Source: Phycisphaerales bacterium JB059
GTDB taxonomy: Bacteria > Planctomycetota > Phycisphaerae > Phycisphaerales > UBA1924
Assembly (NCBI GenBank): GCA_044439985.1
Contig: JBITAG010000044.1
Location: 1 to 43,538, forward strand
Direction of reading: 5' to 3'
DNA length: 43,538 nucleotides
The stretch's first letter is position 1. Every line of letters begins with the position of its first letter. A program made the position numbers and the translations under genes. The notes under the pieces were generated by a model. That model saw only the letters and a list, made by a program, of their open reading frames with translations. It was not told the origin of the DNA and did not search any database. Below, in pieces: positions 26,360 to 35,572 of the stretch.

Positions 26360-27771
26360 GCCTGCTCTCCCCCGAGTTCGAGTCGCTCGCCCACGCCCAG
26401 CCGATCCGGGTGACCGGGCGGGTGGCGACGCTGCGCGGCCTCACGCTGCTCGTGGACGATCTCCCCCTCCCCACCGGTTCGCTTGTGCGCGTCGGACCCG
26501 ACGAACCCGAGCCGAAGCTCGGGGAAGTCGTCGGGTTCGACCACGACCGCTCGATCGTCATGCTGCTCAACCAGACCGGGGGCATCCGTCCGGGAGACGC
26601 CGTGACCGGGGAGCAGGTCGCCCCCCTCGCGCCCGTCGGCCCGAGGATGCTCGGTCGCATCGTGGACGGGCTCGGGCGTCCGATCGATGGGCGCGGGTCG
26701 ATCCCCGAGACGCTCAGCCGACCGATCGACCCCGAGCCGATCGGCGCCATGCAGCGCGCCCGAATCACCACCCAGCTCCTGACGGGTGTCCGAGCGATCG
26801 ACCTGATGACCCCGGTCGGGCGCGGGCAGCGCATGGGCGTTTTCGCCGGACCCGGCGTGGGCAAGTCCACCCTGCTCGCCCAGATCGCCCGCCACACCGA
26901 CGCGGACGTCAACGTCATCGCCCTGATCGGCGAGCGAGGGCGTGAGGTCCGTGAGTTCGTCGAGGAAGCGCTCGGCGAGGAAGGGCTCGCCCGGTCCGTC
27001 GTCGTCGTCGCCACCGGGGACGAGTCACCCCTCCTCCGCCTGCGCGCGGCCAAGTACGCCTGCACCATCGCGGAGCACTTCCGGGAGCTGGGGCGCCACG
27101 TCCTGCTCATGATGGACTCGGTCACCCGCTTCGCCCACGCCCAGCGGCAGGTCGGGCTCTCCGTCGGCGAGCCCCCCGCGACCAAGGGGTACACCCCCAG
27201 CGTCTTCTCCGCCATGGCCCTTCTCCTCGAGCGGGCCGGCATCGTGCAGGACTCGGGCGGCTCCATCACCGGGCTCTACACCATCCTCGTCGAGGGCGAC
27301 GACATGACCGAGCCCATCGCCGACGCTGCGCGTGGCATCCTCGACGGGCACCTCGTCCTCTCCCGCGCCCTCGCCCAGAAGGGCCATTACCCCGCGGTTG
27401 ATGTGCTCGATTCGATCTCACGCGTCGCCAACGACGTCGCCGAGGCGCAGCACCTCGCCGCCCGCCAGCAGATCCTCCGGCTCCTCGCGGCACACAAGAA
27501 GATCGAAGACCTGCTGCAGATCGGCGCCTACGCCCCTGGCGCCAACCCCGAGGCGGACACCGCGATCGACCTGCTCGAGCCCGTCAACGCGCTGCTCACC
27601 CAGGGCGTGGGCGAACGCCCCGTCTTCGAGCAGTCCCGCAGCCTGCTCATCAAGCTCGCCATGCAATCGGGCGAAATGGTCAACGTCCGCCGGCAGCAGG
27701 CCGCGGCGTTCTCCAACGCGGCCCAGGCCCAGGCTCAAAGCCAGAACCAGCCACAGGCGCACGGTGGATAA
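26356..27771 (+). CDS. fliI: flagellum-specific ATPase FliI
   Basis: Walker A GPGVGKSTLL, Walker B VLLMMDSVTRFA, typical F1/T3SS ATPase blocks GYTPSVFS and ILVEGDDMTEPI. Confidence 0.95.
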   Translation: MSLLSPEFESLAHAQPIRVTGRVATLRGLTLLVDDLPLPTGSLVRVGPDEPEPKLGEVVGFDHDRSIVMLLNQTGGIRPGDAVTGEQVAPLAPVGPRMLGRIVDGLGRPIDGRGSIPETLSRPIDPEPIGAMQRARITTQLLTGVRAIDLMTPVGRGQRMGVFAGPGVGKSTLLAQIARHTDADVNVIALIGERGREVREFVEEALGEEGLARSVVVVATGDESPLLRLRAAKYACTIAEHFRELGRHVLLMMDSVTRFAHAQRQVGLSVGEPPATKGYTPSVFSAMALLLERAGIVQDSGGSITGLYTILVEGDDMTEPIADAARGILDGHLVLSRALAQKGHYPAVDVLDSISRVANDVAEAQHLAARQQILRLLAAHKKIEDLLQIGAYAPGANPEADTAIDLLEPVNALLTQGVGERPVFEQSRSLLIKLAMQSGEMVNVRRQQAAAFSNAAQAQAQSQNQPQAHGG

Positions 27772-27785
27772 GGGAGCGTTGACCG

Positions 27786-28241
27786 GTGCCACGATTCGTC
27801 TTCGAGCTTGAGCCCGTGCTGGAGCAGCGCCGACGCGATGAGCAGGCCCGCCAGCGGGCGCTTGCGCAGCTCGAGCGTGAGCGGGCGGCGCTGGAGAACG
27901 AGATCCGCTCCTGCCAGAGCGCGATCAACCAGGAACGCGACGATCTGCGGGACCTGCTCGCGGGGGGCGCCACGGTGGACCTCCGCGGCGCCCGCATGCA
28001 GGCGAACGCCTCGCTGCACCACATGACCCGTGCCCAGCGGGCGGTGCTGCGTCTCGCGGGCGTTCATCAGCGACTCACCCACCCCCGGGAGGCCCAGCTC
28101 GAAGCGACCAAGCGACGCAAGGCGGTCGAAACGCTCAGGGAGCGTCGCTTCGAAGCATGGAAGCGGGAGCAGGACGCCGCGGAGGCCCGTGAGCTTGACG
28201 ACCTGAGTGTGATGCGATTCGGACGGGAGACCATGCCATGA
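27786..28241 (+). CDS. fliJ: flagellar export protein FliJ
   Basis: 151-aa coiled-coil protein FVFELEPVLEQRRRDEQARQRALAQLERERAALENEI in the canonical position after fliI. Confidence 0.8.
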   Translation: MPRFVFELEPVLEQRRRDEQARQRALAQLERERAALENEIRSCQSAINQERDDLRDLLAGGATVDLRGARMQANASLHHMTRAQRAVLRLAGVHQRLTHPREAQLEATKRRKAVETLRERRFEAWKREQDAAEARELDDLSVMRFGRETMP

Positions 28242-28912
28242 AGGGACTGTTCAAGCTGGTGGCGATTGTCGCCCTGCTCAACCTGGGCGCCATCCTGGGG
28301 TTCATCGGCTGGCTCGTCGCCTCGGGTCGCCTGGACAAGGCCCGGGCGACCGAGATTCGCGCCATGCTCACCGAGACGATCGCCGAGCAGCAGGCGCGTG
28401 AGGCCGCCGAGGCCGAGCAGGATGATGACGGGGAGGCCCTCCCCGAACCGAAGTCGATCGAGCAGGCCCTGCACGAGGCTCAGGAGGCGGGGGATGTCGC
28501 CCTTCAGCGTCGCCTGCGCAGCGAGCAGGACAACCAGCGGCTGCTCGAGAGCCTCCACCGCGAGCAACGCGAGCTGGACAAGGCCCGCGACGAGTTCCTC
28601 GCCGAGCGCAAGGCGTTCCTGGAGATGCGCGATCGCATCGCTCAGATCGAAGGTGATGCGCAGTTCCGAAAGTCCCTCGGCGTGCTCGAGGGCCTCAAGG
28701 CCCCCGACGCGATGGCCAACCTCCTCGCCCTCCTCGGCGCCGGCAAACGCGAGGAGGTCGTCGCCTACCTCGACGCCATGGACGAACGCAAGCGGATCAA
28801 GATCTTCGCCGAGCTGACCGAGGGGGCGCCCGACGGATTGGCAGCCGAGTTGCTTGAAGACCTCAGGACGCACGGGCTCTTCGCCCGTGTTCCTGAGGAT
28901 TCAGGCCCATGA
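28238..28912 (+). CDS. membrane-anchored flagellar-operon protein in the YlxF/FlbB position (MgtE_N-like C-terminal region)
   Basis: ATG overlaps the fliJ stop. N-terminal TM LFKLVAIVALLNLGAILGFIGWLV, charged coiled coil, then C-terminal LEGLKAPDAMANLLALLGAGKREEVVAYLDAMDERKRIKIFAEL. Same slot as ylxF in Bacillus and flbB in Borrelia, from my memory of those operons. Confidence 0.5.
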   Translation: MKGLFKLVAIVALLNLGAILGFIGWLVASGRLDKARATEIRAMLTETIAEQQAREAAEAEQDDDGEALPEPKSIEQALHEAQEAGDVALQRRLRSEQDNQRLLESLHREQRELDKARDEFLAERKAFLEMRDRIAQIEGDAQFRKSLGVLEGLKAPDAMANLLALLGAGKREEVVAYLDAMDERKRIKIFAELTEGAPDGLAAELLEDLRTHGLFARVPEDSGP

Positions 28913-30660
28913 CGCGAGCTTTCGCCACTCCCCTTCCATCGCAACGCCTCGATCTTGCCGCCACGCTCGCGCAACCCGTGCGCACGGATCGCGCACTTCC
29001 CGACCAGGAGTCCCCTTCCTTCGCGAAGCTGCTGCGTGAGGAGGCGTCAAACGCGCCCGCCCCGGATCGCTCTACCGAGACTGAGCCGGCCCGGAGCGAG
29101 GAGGCCGAGTCGGCGAGCCGAGGTTCGGAGCAGGAGGCCGAGTCGGAGGACGCCGGCACGACCGACCGGGCCGGGACGGCGGATGAGGCGGATCCCACGA
29201 CGGAGAACCCGGCGAGCCAGGCCGAACGCGAGCCGGCGCCACCCCGCCGCGCGTCCACGGAGGACACGGAAGGCGCCGGCGCGACGCCGAGCGAGCCGAG
29301 CCCCCCCAAGGGCGCCGATCAGCCCGTCTCGGATCAGCCCGCCTTGCCGGAACAGACGCGCGCCGGGAGCGTGGATCCGGACGATACGGCGCCTGTCCCC
29401 ACGTCGTCCGTAGAGGCGCCCGTGCCGCCCAAGGCGCCAGGCGCCGGCGAGCCGAACGCCGAACGCGCCGCGACGGGCCGGGACGCGCCGCAGCCCGAGC
29501 CGATCGCCGCGGGAGAGGGCGCCCGCGTCGAACTGGCGCCCGACGCCGAGGCCCAGGCCGAGGAGTCCATCCGGGTCGAAACCCGTTTCGACGCGAAGAT
29601 CCGCGATCGGATCCGCAACGCCGCGAAGGTCGACCTTGCGGCTCTCGCCTCCGAGAAGCTCACCACGCCCGACCAGCGTATCCCGGGCGACCTGAGGCAA
29701 GCCCCGACGCCCCGTCCACAGGTCGCCGCCGAGGCTCAGGCCGAAACGGTCGAGCCGCGCGAGCCGGCCGTCCCGCCCCCGACGCCCCCCGCCTCGGCGC
29801 CCGCCGTGCCGAACACGCAGGCTGAGGCGCCCTCATCCGCCACCCGCGGACAGGATCGGGTCGCTCCCGAGCCCCCGGCGACCAACGCCTCCGCCACGCC
29901 CGCCAACGCCAACGGGCAGCAAGGGACCGATCTCGGCGCCCGCCAGGAATCCACGCCGCAAATGCCGCACGTACCGGTCGCGGCGCCCGCTGCCGGCGTG
30001 ACCAACGCCACCTCCACCTCAGGCGGGGTGGGCTCGTTCGAGAAGGCGATCGGTGCGCTGCGTTCGCTCGGCGCCGAGCGCGCCAAGCCGGGCGTGACCC
30101 AGGCCCCGCAGGCCAAGGCCACGCCGGAGAGCCGGGCGCGACCCGTGCTGGCGCAGGTCTCGCGCGGCATGGCGTCGATCCTGCGCCAGCAGGGCGGGAA
30201 CCTCACCCTCCGACTGCGTCCGGACACCCTGGGCGACCTCAAGATCTCCCTGCGCGTCCAGAACGGGGGGGTCGAGGCGACCTTCAAGGCCGACAACGCG
30301 CAGGCACGGGAGTTGCTCACCAACTCCATGTCTCAGCTCAAAGAGACGCTCGAAGCCAACGGCGTGCGCGTCGATCAACTTCGAGTGGAGCACGAGAACA
30401 CACGCCCGCAGGACGCGGGCTCACCCGGCGCGGAGCGCGACGGGAACCGGGGCGATGGATCGCCCGGCTTCGCAGACCCGTCGGAGACGGGCGGGCGCGA
30501 GGGCGACTCGCGTGAAGATCGGCATGGACGCCGAAATGCGCCGCACGGACGCGGCCAGGACCACGACGCGGCGGAGTCCGCGTCCGAAGCGACAACCCCT
30601 GGTCTCGACGCGGAGGCGCTGCGGGACGAGGCATGGATTGGGCTCGACACGCTCGCGTGA
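28909..30660 (+). CDS. fliK: flagellar hook-length control protein FliK
   Basis: Long P/A/E-rich disordered ruler region, then a Flg_hook-type C-terminal domain LTLRLRPDTLGDLKISLRVQNGGVEATFKADNAQARELLTNSMSQLKETLEANGVRV. Confidence 0.8.
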   Translation: MTRAFATPLPSQRLDLAATLAQPVRTDRALPDQESPSFAKLLREEASNAPAPDRSTETEPARSEEAESASRGSEQEAESEDAGTTDRAGTADEADPTTENPASQAEREPAPPRRASTEDTEGAGATPSEPSPPKGADQPVSDQPALPEQTRAGSVDPDDTAPVPTSSVEAPVPPKAPGAGEPNAERAATGRDAPQPEPIAAGEGARVELAPDAEAQAEESIRVETRFDAKIRDRIRNAAKVDLAALASEKLTTPDQRIPGDLRQAPTPRPQVAAEAQAETVEPREPAVPPPTPPASAPAVPNTQAEAPSSATRGQDRVAPEPPATNASATPANANGQQGTDLGARQESTPQMPHVPVAAPAAGVTNATSTSGGVGSFEKAIGALRSLGAERAKPGVTQAPQAKATPESRARPVLAQVSRGMASILRQQGGNLTLRLRPDTLGDLKISLRVQNGGVEATFKADNAQARELLTNSMSQLKETLEANGVRVDQLRVEHENTRPQDAGSPGAERDGNRGDGSPGFADPSETGGREGDSREDRHGRRNAPHGRGQDHDAAESASEATTPGLDAEALRDEAWIGLDTLA

Positions 30661-30711
30661 GTGTGGCGGGTTCGGTGCGGCGCCATCGGTGTGCGCTGCG
30701 CGGGAGATGTC

Positions 30712-31302
30712 ATGAGCACGATCGACGCCCTTGGGGGCTCGTCCAATCCGCAGTCCACGAGCGTCAGCGGGTTCTCCTCGCTCAGCTCCGAAGAGTTCGT
30801 CGAGATCATCTTCGCGGAGTTGACCAACCAGGACCCGCTCGAGCCCAACGACTCCAAGGCCCTCATCGATCAGCTCTCGAGCCTCCGTGCGATCGAGAGC
30901 GACATCGCGCTCACGGACAACCTCAACGCGCTCGTCCAGCAGACGCAGTTCGCCGCCGCCGCCGGCCTGGTTGGCCAGGTGGTGGGGGGGCTGACCACCT
31001 CCGGGGAGCGGGTGCTCGACCTGGTCGTCTCGGTCTCCAACACGGCCGAGAACGGCGCGGTGCTCAACCTCTTTGACGGCGACCGGATCCCGTTCGCGAA
31101 CATCGAGCAGATCCTCGGCCCTCTCGAGACCGAACCCGAGCCGGAGCCCGAGCCGGAACCCGTCGATGAGGACGAGGAAGCCCCCGGGGACGATGACGAC
31201 ACCGTCGGCGAGACGACCAACACCACCGGCGCCTCGGCCGCCACCTCCGGCGACGACGACCAGACCGCCTCGACCCAGACCGCCGCGGGGGCCGCGCCGT
31301 GA
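30712..31302 (+). CDS. flgD: flagellar hook capping/assembly protein FlgD with acidic low-complexity tail
   Basis: GGGAG RBS before ATG 30712. FlgD N-domain FVEIIFAELTNQDPLEPNDSKALIDQLSSLRAIES. Tail EPEPEPEPEPVDEDEEAPGDDDD. Confidence 0.85.
   Translation: MSTIDALGGSSNPQSTSVSGFSSLSSEEFVEIIFAELTNQDPLEPNDSKALIDQLSSLRAIESDIALTDNLNALVQQTQFAAAAGLVGQVVGGLTTSGERVLDLVVSVSNTAENGAVLNLFDGDRIPFANIEQILGPLETEPEPEPEPEPVDEDEEAPGDDDDTVGETTNTTGASAATSGDDDQTASTQTAAGAAP
31132..31161 (+). repeat. five tandem 6-nt units GAR-CCS encoding (EP)5 inside flgD
   Basis: GAACCC GAGCCG GAGCCC GAGCCG GAACCC, read directly and in frame with flgD. Confidence 0.9.
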
Positions 31303-31796
31303 CCCGCAACGGACTCGACATCCTGAGCCTTCTCGGTTCGGGCATCCGCCCGGTGGACACCGGCACGACGCGCTCGCCCAACCCCACCTCGGGCGCCGAC
31401 TTCGCCAACATGCTCAGCCAGGCGCAACGCGGCGACCTGCGCACCGGGCTCGACGTCGCGATCTCCCCGGCGCTCGATCTGAGCCTCACCCCGGAACAGA
31501 AAGCCGCGCTCTCCGCCGCCGCCGACCAGGCCGAGAGCGCCGGCGCCACCCAGTCGCTCGTGGTCTTCGACCGCATGGCGTTGGTGCTCGACGTCACGGC
31601 GCGCCAGGTCGTGGACATCGCCGACCTCTCCCAGCCGGGCGTGCTCGCCGGCATCGATTCGGTCATTCGTGCCGGAGACACGTCACCCGACGACGCGCCC
31701 GCCACCACCCCGCTCCACCCCCCCCAGCAGGTGGGGAACGCCTCTCTCCTCGACGCGCTCGCCCGCATCGGACAGCAACGCTCGGGCGCCGCCTGA
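31299..31796 (+). CDS. flagellar operon protein of the family typically found between flgD and flgE (TIGR02530-like)
   Basis: GTG overlaps the flgD stop. High GC3. Pattern FANMLSQAQ...LSLTPEQKAALSAAADQAESAGATQSLVVFDRMALVLDVTARQVVDI fits my recollection of that family, and the position is diagnostic. Confidence 0.55.
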   Translation: MTRNGLDILSLLGSGIRPVDTGTTRSPNPTSGADFANMLSQAQRGDLRTGLDVAISPALDLSLTPEQKAALSAAADQAESAGATQSLVVFDRMALVLDVTARQVVDIADLSQPGVLAGIDSVIRAGDTSPDDAPATTPLHPPQQVGNASLLDALARIGQQRSGAA

Positions 31797-31847
31797 TCCT
31801 CTCCCGTCTCGACGCCACCCCGTTCCATCCGTCCAAGGAAAACCGCA

Positions 31848-33581
31848 ATGGCCTCCTACACCGCCCTGTTCACCGGCCTCACCGGCCTGAGCGTCCACGC
31901 CCGCAAGCTGGACGTCATCGGCAACAACATCGCCAACACGAACACCACCGCCTACAAGTCGGGGCGGATGCTCTTCGAGACCAACTTCACCCGAGACTTC
32001 CGGCTCGGTTCGGCGCCCGGAACCTTCTCCGGCGGCACCAACCCCACCCAGATCGGCCTCGGCGTGGACATCGCCGGCATCCGTCGGAACTTCAACAACG
32101 GCGGGTTCAGCCCCACGGGCGACGCCCGCGATCTCGCCATCGACGGGCCGGGCTTCTTCATCGTCGAGTCCAACGGCTCGCTCGTCTACACCCGCTCGGG
32201 CAGCTTCCGGCAGGATCTGGACAACAACCTCGTCGGGATCAACGGCGAGAAGCTCCAGGGATACGGCGTGGACGACGACTTCAACCTCGTCGAGGGCGCC
32301 CTCACCGATGTGAACATTCCCCTCGGCGCCCGCACCATCGCCGAGGCCACCACCGAGACTCTTCTCGCCGGCAACCTCGACGCCTCCGGTGACCTGCCCA
32401 CCACCGGCTCGATCATCACCCTCGACGCCGACGCCGCCGGCGCCGGCTTTCTCACGATCTCCGGCGGAACGCCCATCGTCGCCGGATCGCTTCTCTCCGA
32501 CGTCGAAGACCCCAACAGTCCCGGCAACCCCCTCTTCGCCGCCGGCCAGACCATCCGCGTCACCGGCGCCGAGAAGGGGGGTAAGGAACTCCCCGACGCG
32601 GACTTCACCGTGACCGGCGCCACCACCGTCCAGGACTACATGGATTTCCTCGTCGAGGCCCTGGGCATCCACGATCCCGGCATGGCCAACCCCGACGGCA
32701 ACACGCCCGGCGTCTCCGTCGACGCCTCCGGACGCATTCAGATCGTGGGCAACGTGGGCACGGCCTCCGATCTGGCCATCGACCAGGGGGACATCCGGCT
32801 CCTCGACTCGGCCGGGAGCCAGCTGCTCCAGCCCTTTGTCCCCGACAAGACCTTCGCCGCCGACGGCGAGGCCGTGCGCACCACGATGGTCGTCTTTGAC
32901 TCGCTCGGGACGGAGGTCAGCGTGGACGTGATGCTCACGCTCGAGTCCAAGAGCGCCACCGGGGGGACCACCTGGCGGTACTTCGTGGACTCCGCCGACG
33001 ACACCGATCTCGACCTGCGCATCACCAGCGGGACCGTGGACTTTGACGCCGACGGGCAGCTGCTCAGTCCCCTCCCCATCAGCGTGACCGTTGATCGCGT
33101 GGGCACCGGCGCCGAGTCCCCGCTGAGCTTCGACATTCTCTTTACCGGCGACACGGGCCGGACCACCGCCCTGGCCGAGGGGCCCTCGACGCTCGTCAAC
33201 GTCGCCCGCGACGGTCTTCCCCCCGGATCCCTCGAGGACTTCAACATCGACGAGAGCGGGCTCATCTCCGGTGTCTTCAGCAACGGCGCCATCCGCACCC
33301 TCGGCCAGCTCGTCCTCGCCACCTTCACCAACGACGCCGGCCTGGTGGACGTCGGCGGCAACAACTTCAACGTCGGCGCCAACTCCGGCCCCGCGATCAT
33401 CTCCACCCCCGGCCAGCTCAGCTCCGGGCGGGTCGTCTCCGGCGCACTCGAACTCTCCAACGTCGATCTCGGGCAGGAGTTCATCGAACTCATCCTCACC
33501 CAGACCGGCTACTCCGCCAACACCCGGATCATCCAGACCGCCAACGAGCTGATGCAGCAGCTCCTCGTTCTCGGCCGATAA
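31848..33581 (+). CDS. flgE: flagellar hook protein FlgE
   Basis: N-terminus GLTGLSVHARKLDVIGNNIANTNTTAYK. C-terminus GALELSNVDLGQEFIELILTQTGYSANTRIIQTANELMQQLL. Confidence 0.95.
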   Translation: MASYTALFTGLTGLSVHARKLDVIGNNIANTNTTAYKSGRMLFETNFTRDFRLGSAPGTFSGGTNPTQIGLGVDIAGIRRNFNNGGFSPTGDARDLAIDGPGFFIVESNGSLVYTRSGSFRQDLDNNLVGINGEKLQGYGVDDDFNLVEGALTDVNIPLGARTIAEATTETLLAGNLDASGDLPTTGSIITLDADAAGAGFLTISGGTPIVAGSLLSDVEDPNSPGNPLFAAGQTIRVTGAEKGGKELPDADFTVTGATTVQDYMDFLVEALGIHDPGMANPDGNTPGVSVDASGRIQIVGNVGTASDLAIDQGDIRLLDSAGSQLLQPFVPDKTFAADGEAVRTTMVVFDSLGTEVSVDVMLTLESKSATGGTTWRYFVDSADDTDLDLRITSGTVDFDADGQLLSPLPISVTVDRVGTGAESPLSFDILFTGDTGRTTALAEGPSTLVNVARDGLPPGSLEDFNIDESGLISGVFSNGAIRTLGQLVLATFTNDAGLVDVGGNNFNVGANSGPAIISTPGQLSSGRVVSGALELSNVDLGQEFIELILTQTGYSANTRIIQTANELMQQLLVLGR

Positions 33582-33601
33582 CCCGCCCCCGAGCTTCACC
33601 C

Positions 33602-33874
33602 GTGATCAGCCTCACCCGACTCAACGGCTCCCGGTTCGTGCTCAACGCGGAACTCATCCGCGTCGTCGAGCAGAACCCCGACACCGTCATCACACTCGTC
33701 GGGGGCGAGCATCTCGTGGTGCGTGAGTCGATGCGCGAGGTCGTCGCACGCTCCATCGAGTACCGACGCCACACCCGCACCCTCACCCCCGGCGCCGAAC
33801 TCCGCGAGACGCTCAACCAGGACCTCCCCGGGCCCGAGAACCTGCACACCCCCCCGCACAAGCGTCACGCCTGA
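33602..33874 (+). CDS. flbD: flagellar protein FlbD
   Basis: MISLTRLNGSRFVLNAELIRVVEQNPDTVITLVGGEHLVVRESMREVVARSIEY. Position directly upstream of motA, as in spirochaete and Firmicute operons. Confidence 0.85.
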   Translation: MISLTRLNGSRFVLNAELIRVVEQNPDTVITLVGGEHLVVRESMREVVARSIEYRRHTRTLTPGAELRETLNQDLPGPENLHTPPHKRHA

Positions 33875-34000
33875 CCGAGCCGCGCCAGCGGTCGCCCCCG
33901 ATCTCCCGGAGCGTTGGCCCCGCCCAGCCCGGGGATCAAGTACGCGCCCCAGTCGTCCGATCCCTCCGCGGGAACACCTGTTCTCAAGGAGTGCGAGCGC

Positions 34001-34786
34001 GTGGACATCGGGACCGTCATCGGAGTGATCGTCGCCGCCGTTGCGATCATCCTGTCCATGATCATGGGCGGGGGCAACCCCCTCGCGCTGATCGACGTCC
34101 CCTCACTTCTGGTCGTCTTCGGCGGCACCACCGGCGCCATCGCCGCCTCCTTCCCCCTCGCCCGGGTGCTCAAGGCCCACGGCGTCGTCCTCAAGGCCGT
34201 CTTCGCCAAGCCCGCCGACCCCGCCGAGACCATCAAGGACATCGTCAAGTACGCCGAGGTCGCCCGGCGCGAGGGCATCCTCTCCCTCGAGGGCCTCATC
34301 GATGAGATGAAGGACGAGTTCATCGTCCGCGGCGTCAAGATGGCCGTGGACGGCACCGACCCCGAGTTGATCCAGACCATCATGGACACCGAACTCGAGG
34401 CCCTCATGGACCGTCACACCGGCGGCAAGCAGATCATCGACACCATCGGGCGCATGGCGCCCGCCTTCGGCATGATCGGCACCCTCATGGGCCTCATCTC
34501 CATGCTCTCCAACATGGACGATCCCTCCGCCATCGGCCCCGGCATGGCCGTCGCCCTCATCACCACGCTCTACGGCGCCCTCATCGCCAACGTCTTCGCC
34601 GGGCCCATCGCCGAGAAGCTCGCCAACCGCGACGCCGAGGAGGTCCTCATCAAGACCCTCATCATCACCGGCGTGATGTCCATCCAGTCCGGGGACAACC
34701 CGCGCGTCGTCGAGAGCAAGCTCATGACCTTCCTCCCCCCCTCGCAGCGCAAGGCCATCGAGGCCGCGCAGGCCGAGGCCGCCTGA
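34001..34786 (+). CDS. motA: flagellar stator protein MotA
   Basis: Start placed at GTG 34001 (VDIGTVIGVIVAAVAIIL) with AAGGAG 9 nt upstream. The 29 upstream codons of the track ORF look non-coding. Conserved PAFGMIGTLMGLI and ALITTLYGALIANVFAGPIA. Confidence 0.9.
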   Translation: MDIGTVIGVIVAAVAIILSMIMGGGNPLALIDVPSLLVVFGGTTGAIAASFPLARVLKAHGVVLKAVFAKPADPAETIKDIVKYAEVARREGILSLEGLIDEMKDEFIVRGVKMAVDGTDPELIQTIMDTELEALMDRHTGGKQIIDTIGRMAPAFGMIGTLMGLISMLSNMDDPSAIGPGMAVALITTLYGALIANVFAGPIAEKLANRDAEEVLIKTLIITGVMSIQSGDNPRVVESKLMTFLPPSQRKAIEAAQAEAA

Positions 34787-34804
34787 TCCGGAGGACGCCT
34801 GAGC

Positions 34805-35551
34805 ATGGCGAAAAAGAAGGCCGCAAACGACCCCGGAATCCCCGAGTGGGTGCTCACCTACGGCGACCTCATGTCGCTCCTGCTCTGCTTCTTCATCCTC
34901 CTCGCCGCCTTCAGCGAACTCAAGCAGCCCCGCGAGTACATCAAGGTCATCGAGTCCATCAAGGAGGCGATGGGCTTCCGCGGCGGCATGGGCATCCAGA
35001 GCAACAACCAGCAGCAGATCGCCCAGCTCCTCAAGAAGCTCGACCAGCAGTCCAAGGACGAGCACGAGGCCCAGGCCCGTGACGAGTCCAACAGCGACAG
35101 CGTCTCCGGCGAGAACCCGCAGACCAGCGTCGTCCACGAGGGCCAACGCTTCGCGCAGGGTGGTTCGATCCTCTTCCAGCCCGGCTCCGCCGAACTCTCT
35201 GAGAAGGCCATGAACCAGCTCCGCACCGAGGTCGCCCCCCTCATCCGCGGCCAACGCTACGTCTGTGTCATCGTCGGCCACGCGTGGGGGTTCACCGACA
35301 AGTCCCACGCGTCACCCGACGACCTCTCCTACGAGCGGGCCCGCAACGTCAAGGATTTCCTGGTCCGGGAATGCGATATCGATGAGGCGATCCTGCGGGT
35401 TGAAGCGGCCGGGGTGCACGAGCCGCGAGCCATCATCTCGGGTAGCGGTGGGGACGACGCCCAGAACCGCCGAGTGCAGGTCTGGATGACCGGGCGGACC
35501 ATCGACCAGACCCATCCCGACCCGGACCTGACGGGGCGCGTCAGCCCCTGA
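34805..35551 (+). CDS. motB: flagellar stator protein MotB (OmpA-like C-terminal domain)
   Basis: PEWVLTYGDLMSLLLCFFILL with the conserved proton-path Asp. C-terminal OmpA-like block SYERARNVKDFLV...NRRVQV. Confidence 0.9.
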   Translation: MAKKKAANDPGIPEWVLTYGDLMSLLLCFFILLAAFSELKQPREYIKVIESIKEAMGFRGGMGIQSNNQQQIAQLLKKLDQQSKDEHEAQARDESNSDSVSGENPQTSVVHEGQRFAQGGSILFQPGSAELSEKAMNQLRTEVAPLIRGQRYVCVIVGHAWGFTDKSHASPDDLSYERARNVKDFLVRECDIDEAILRVEAAGVHEPRAIISGSGGDDAQNRRVQVWMTGRTIDQTHPDPDLTGRVSP

Positions 35552-35572
35552 CCCACTGAGCGAGGCGAGATC

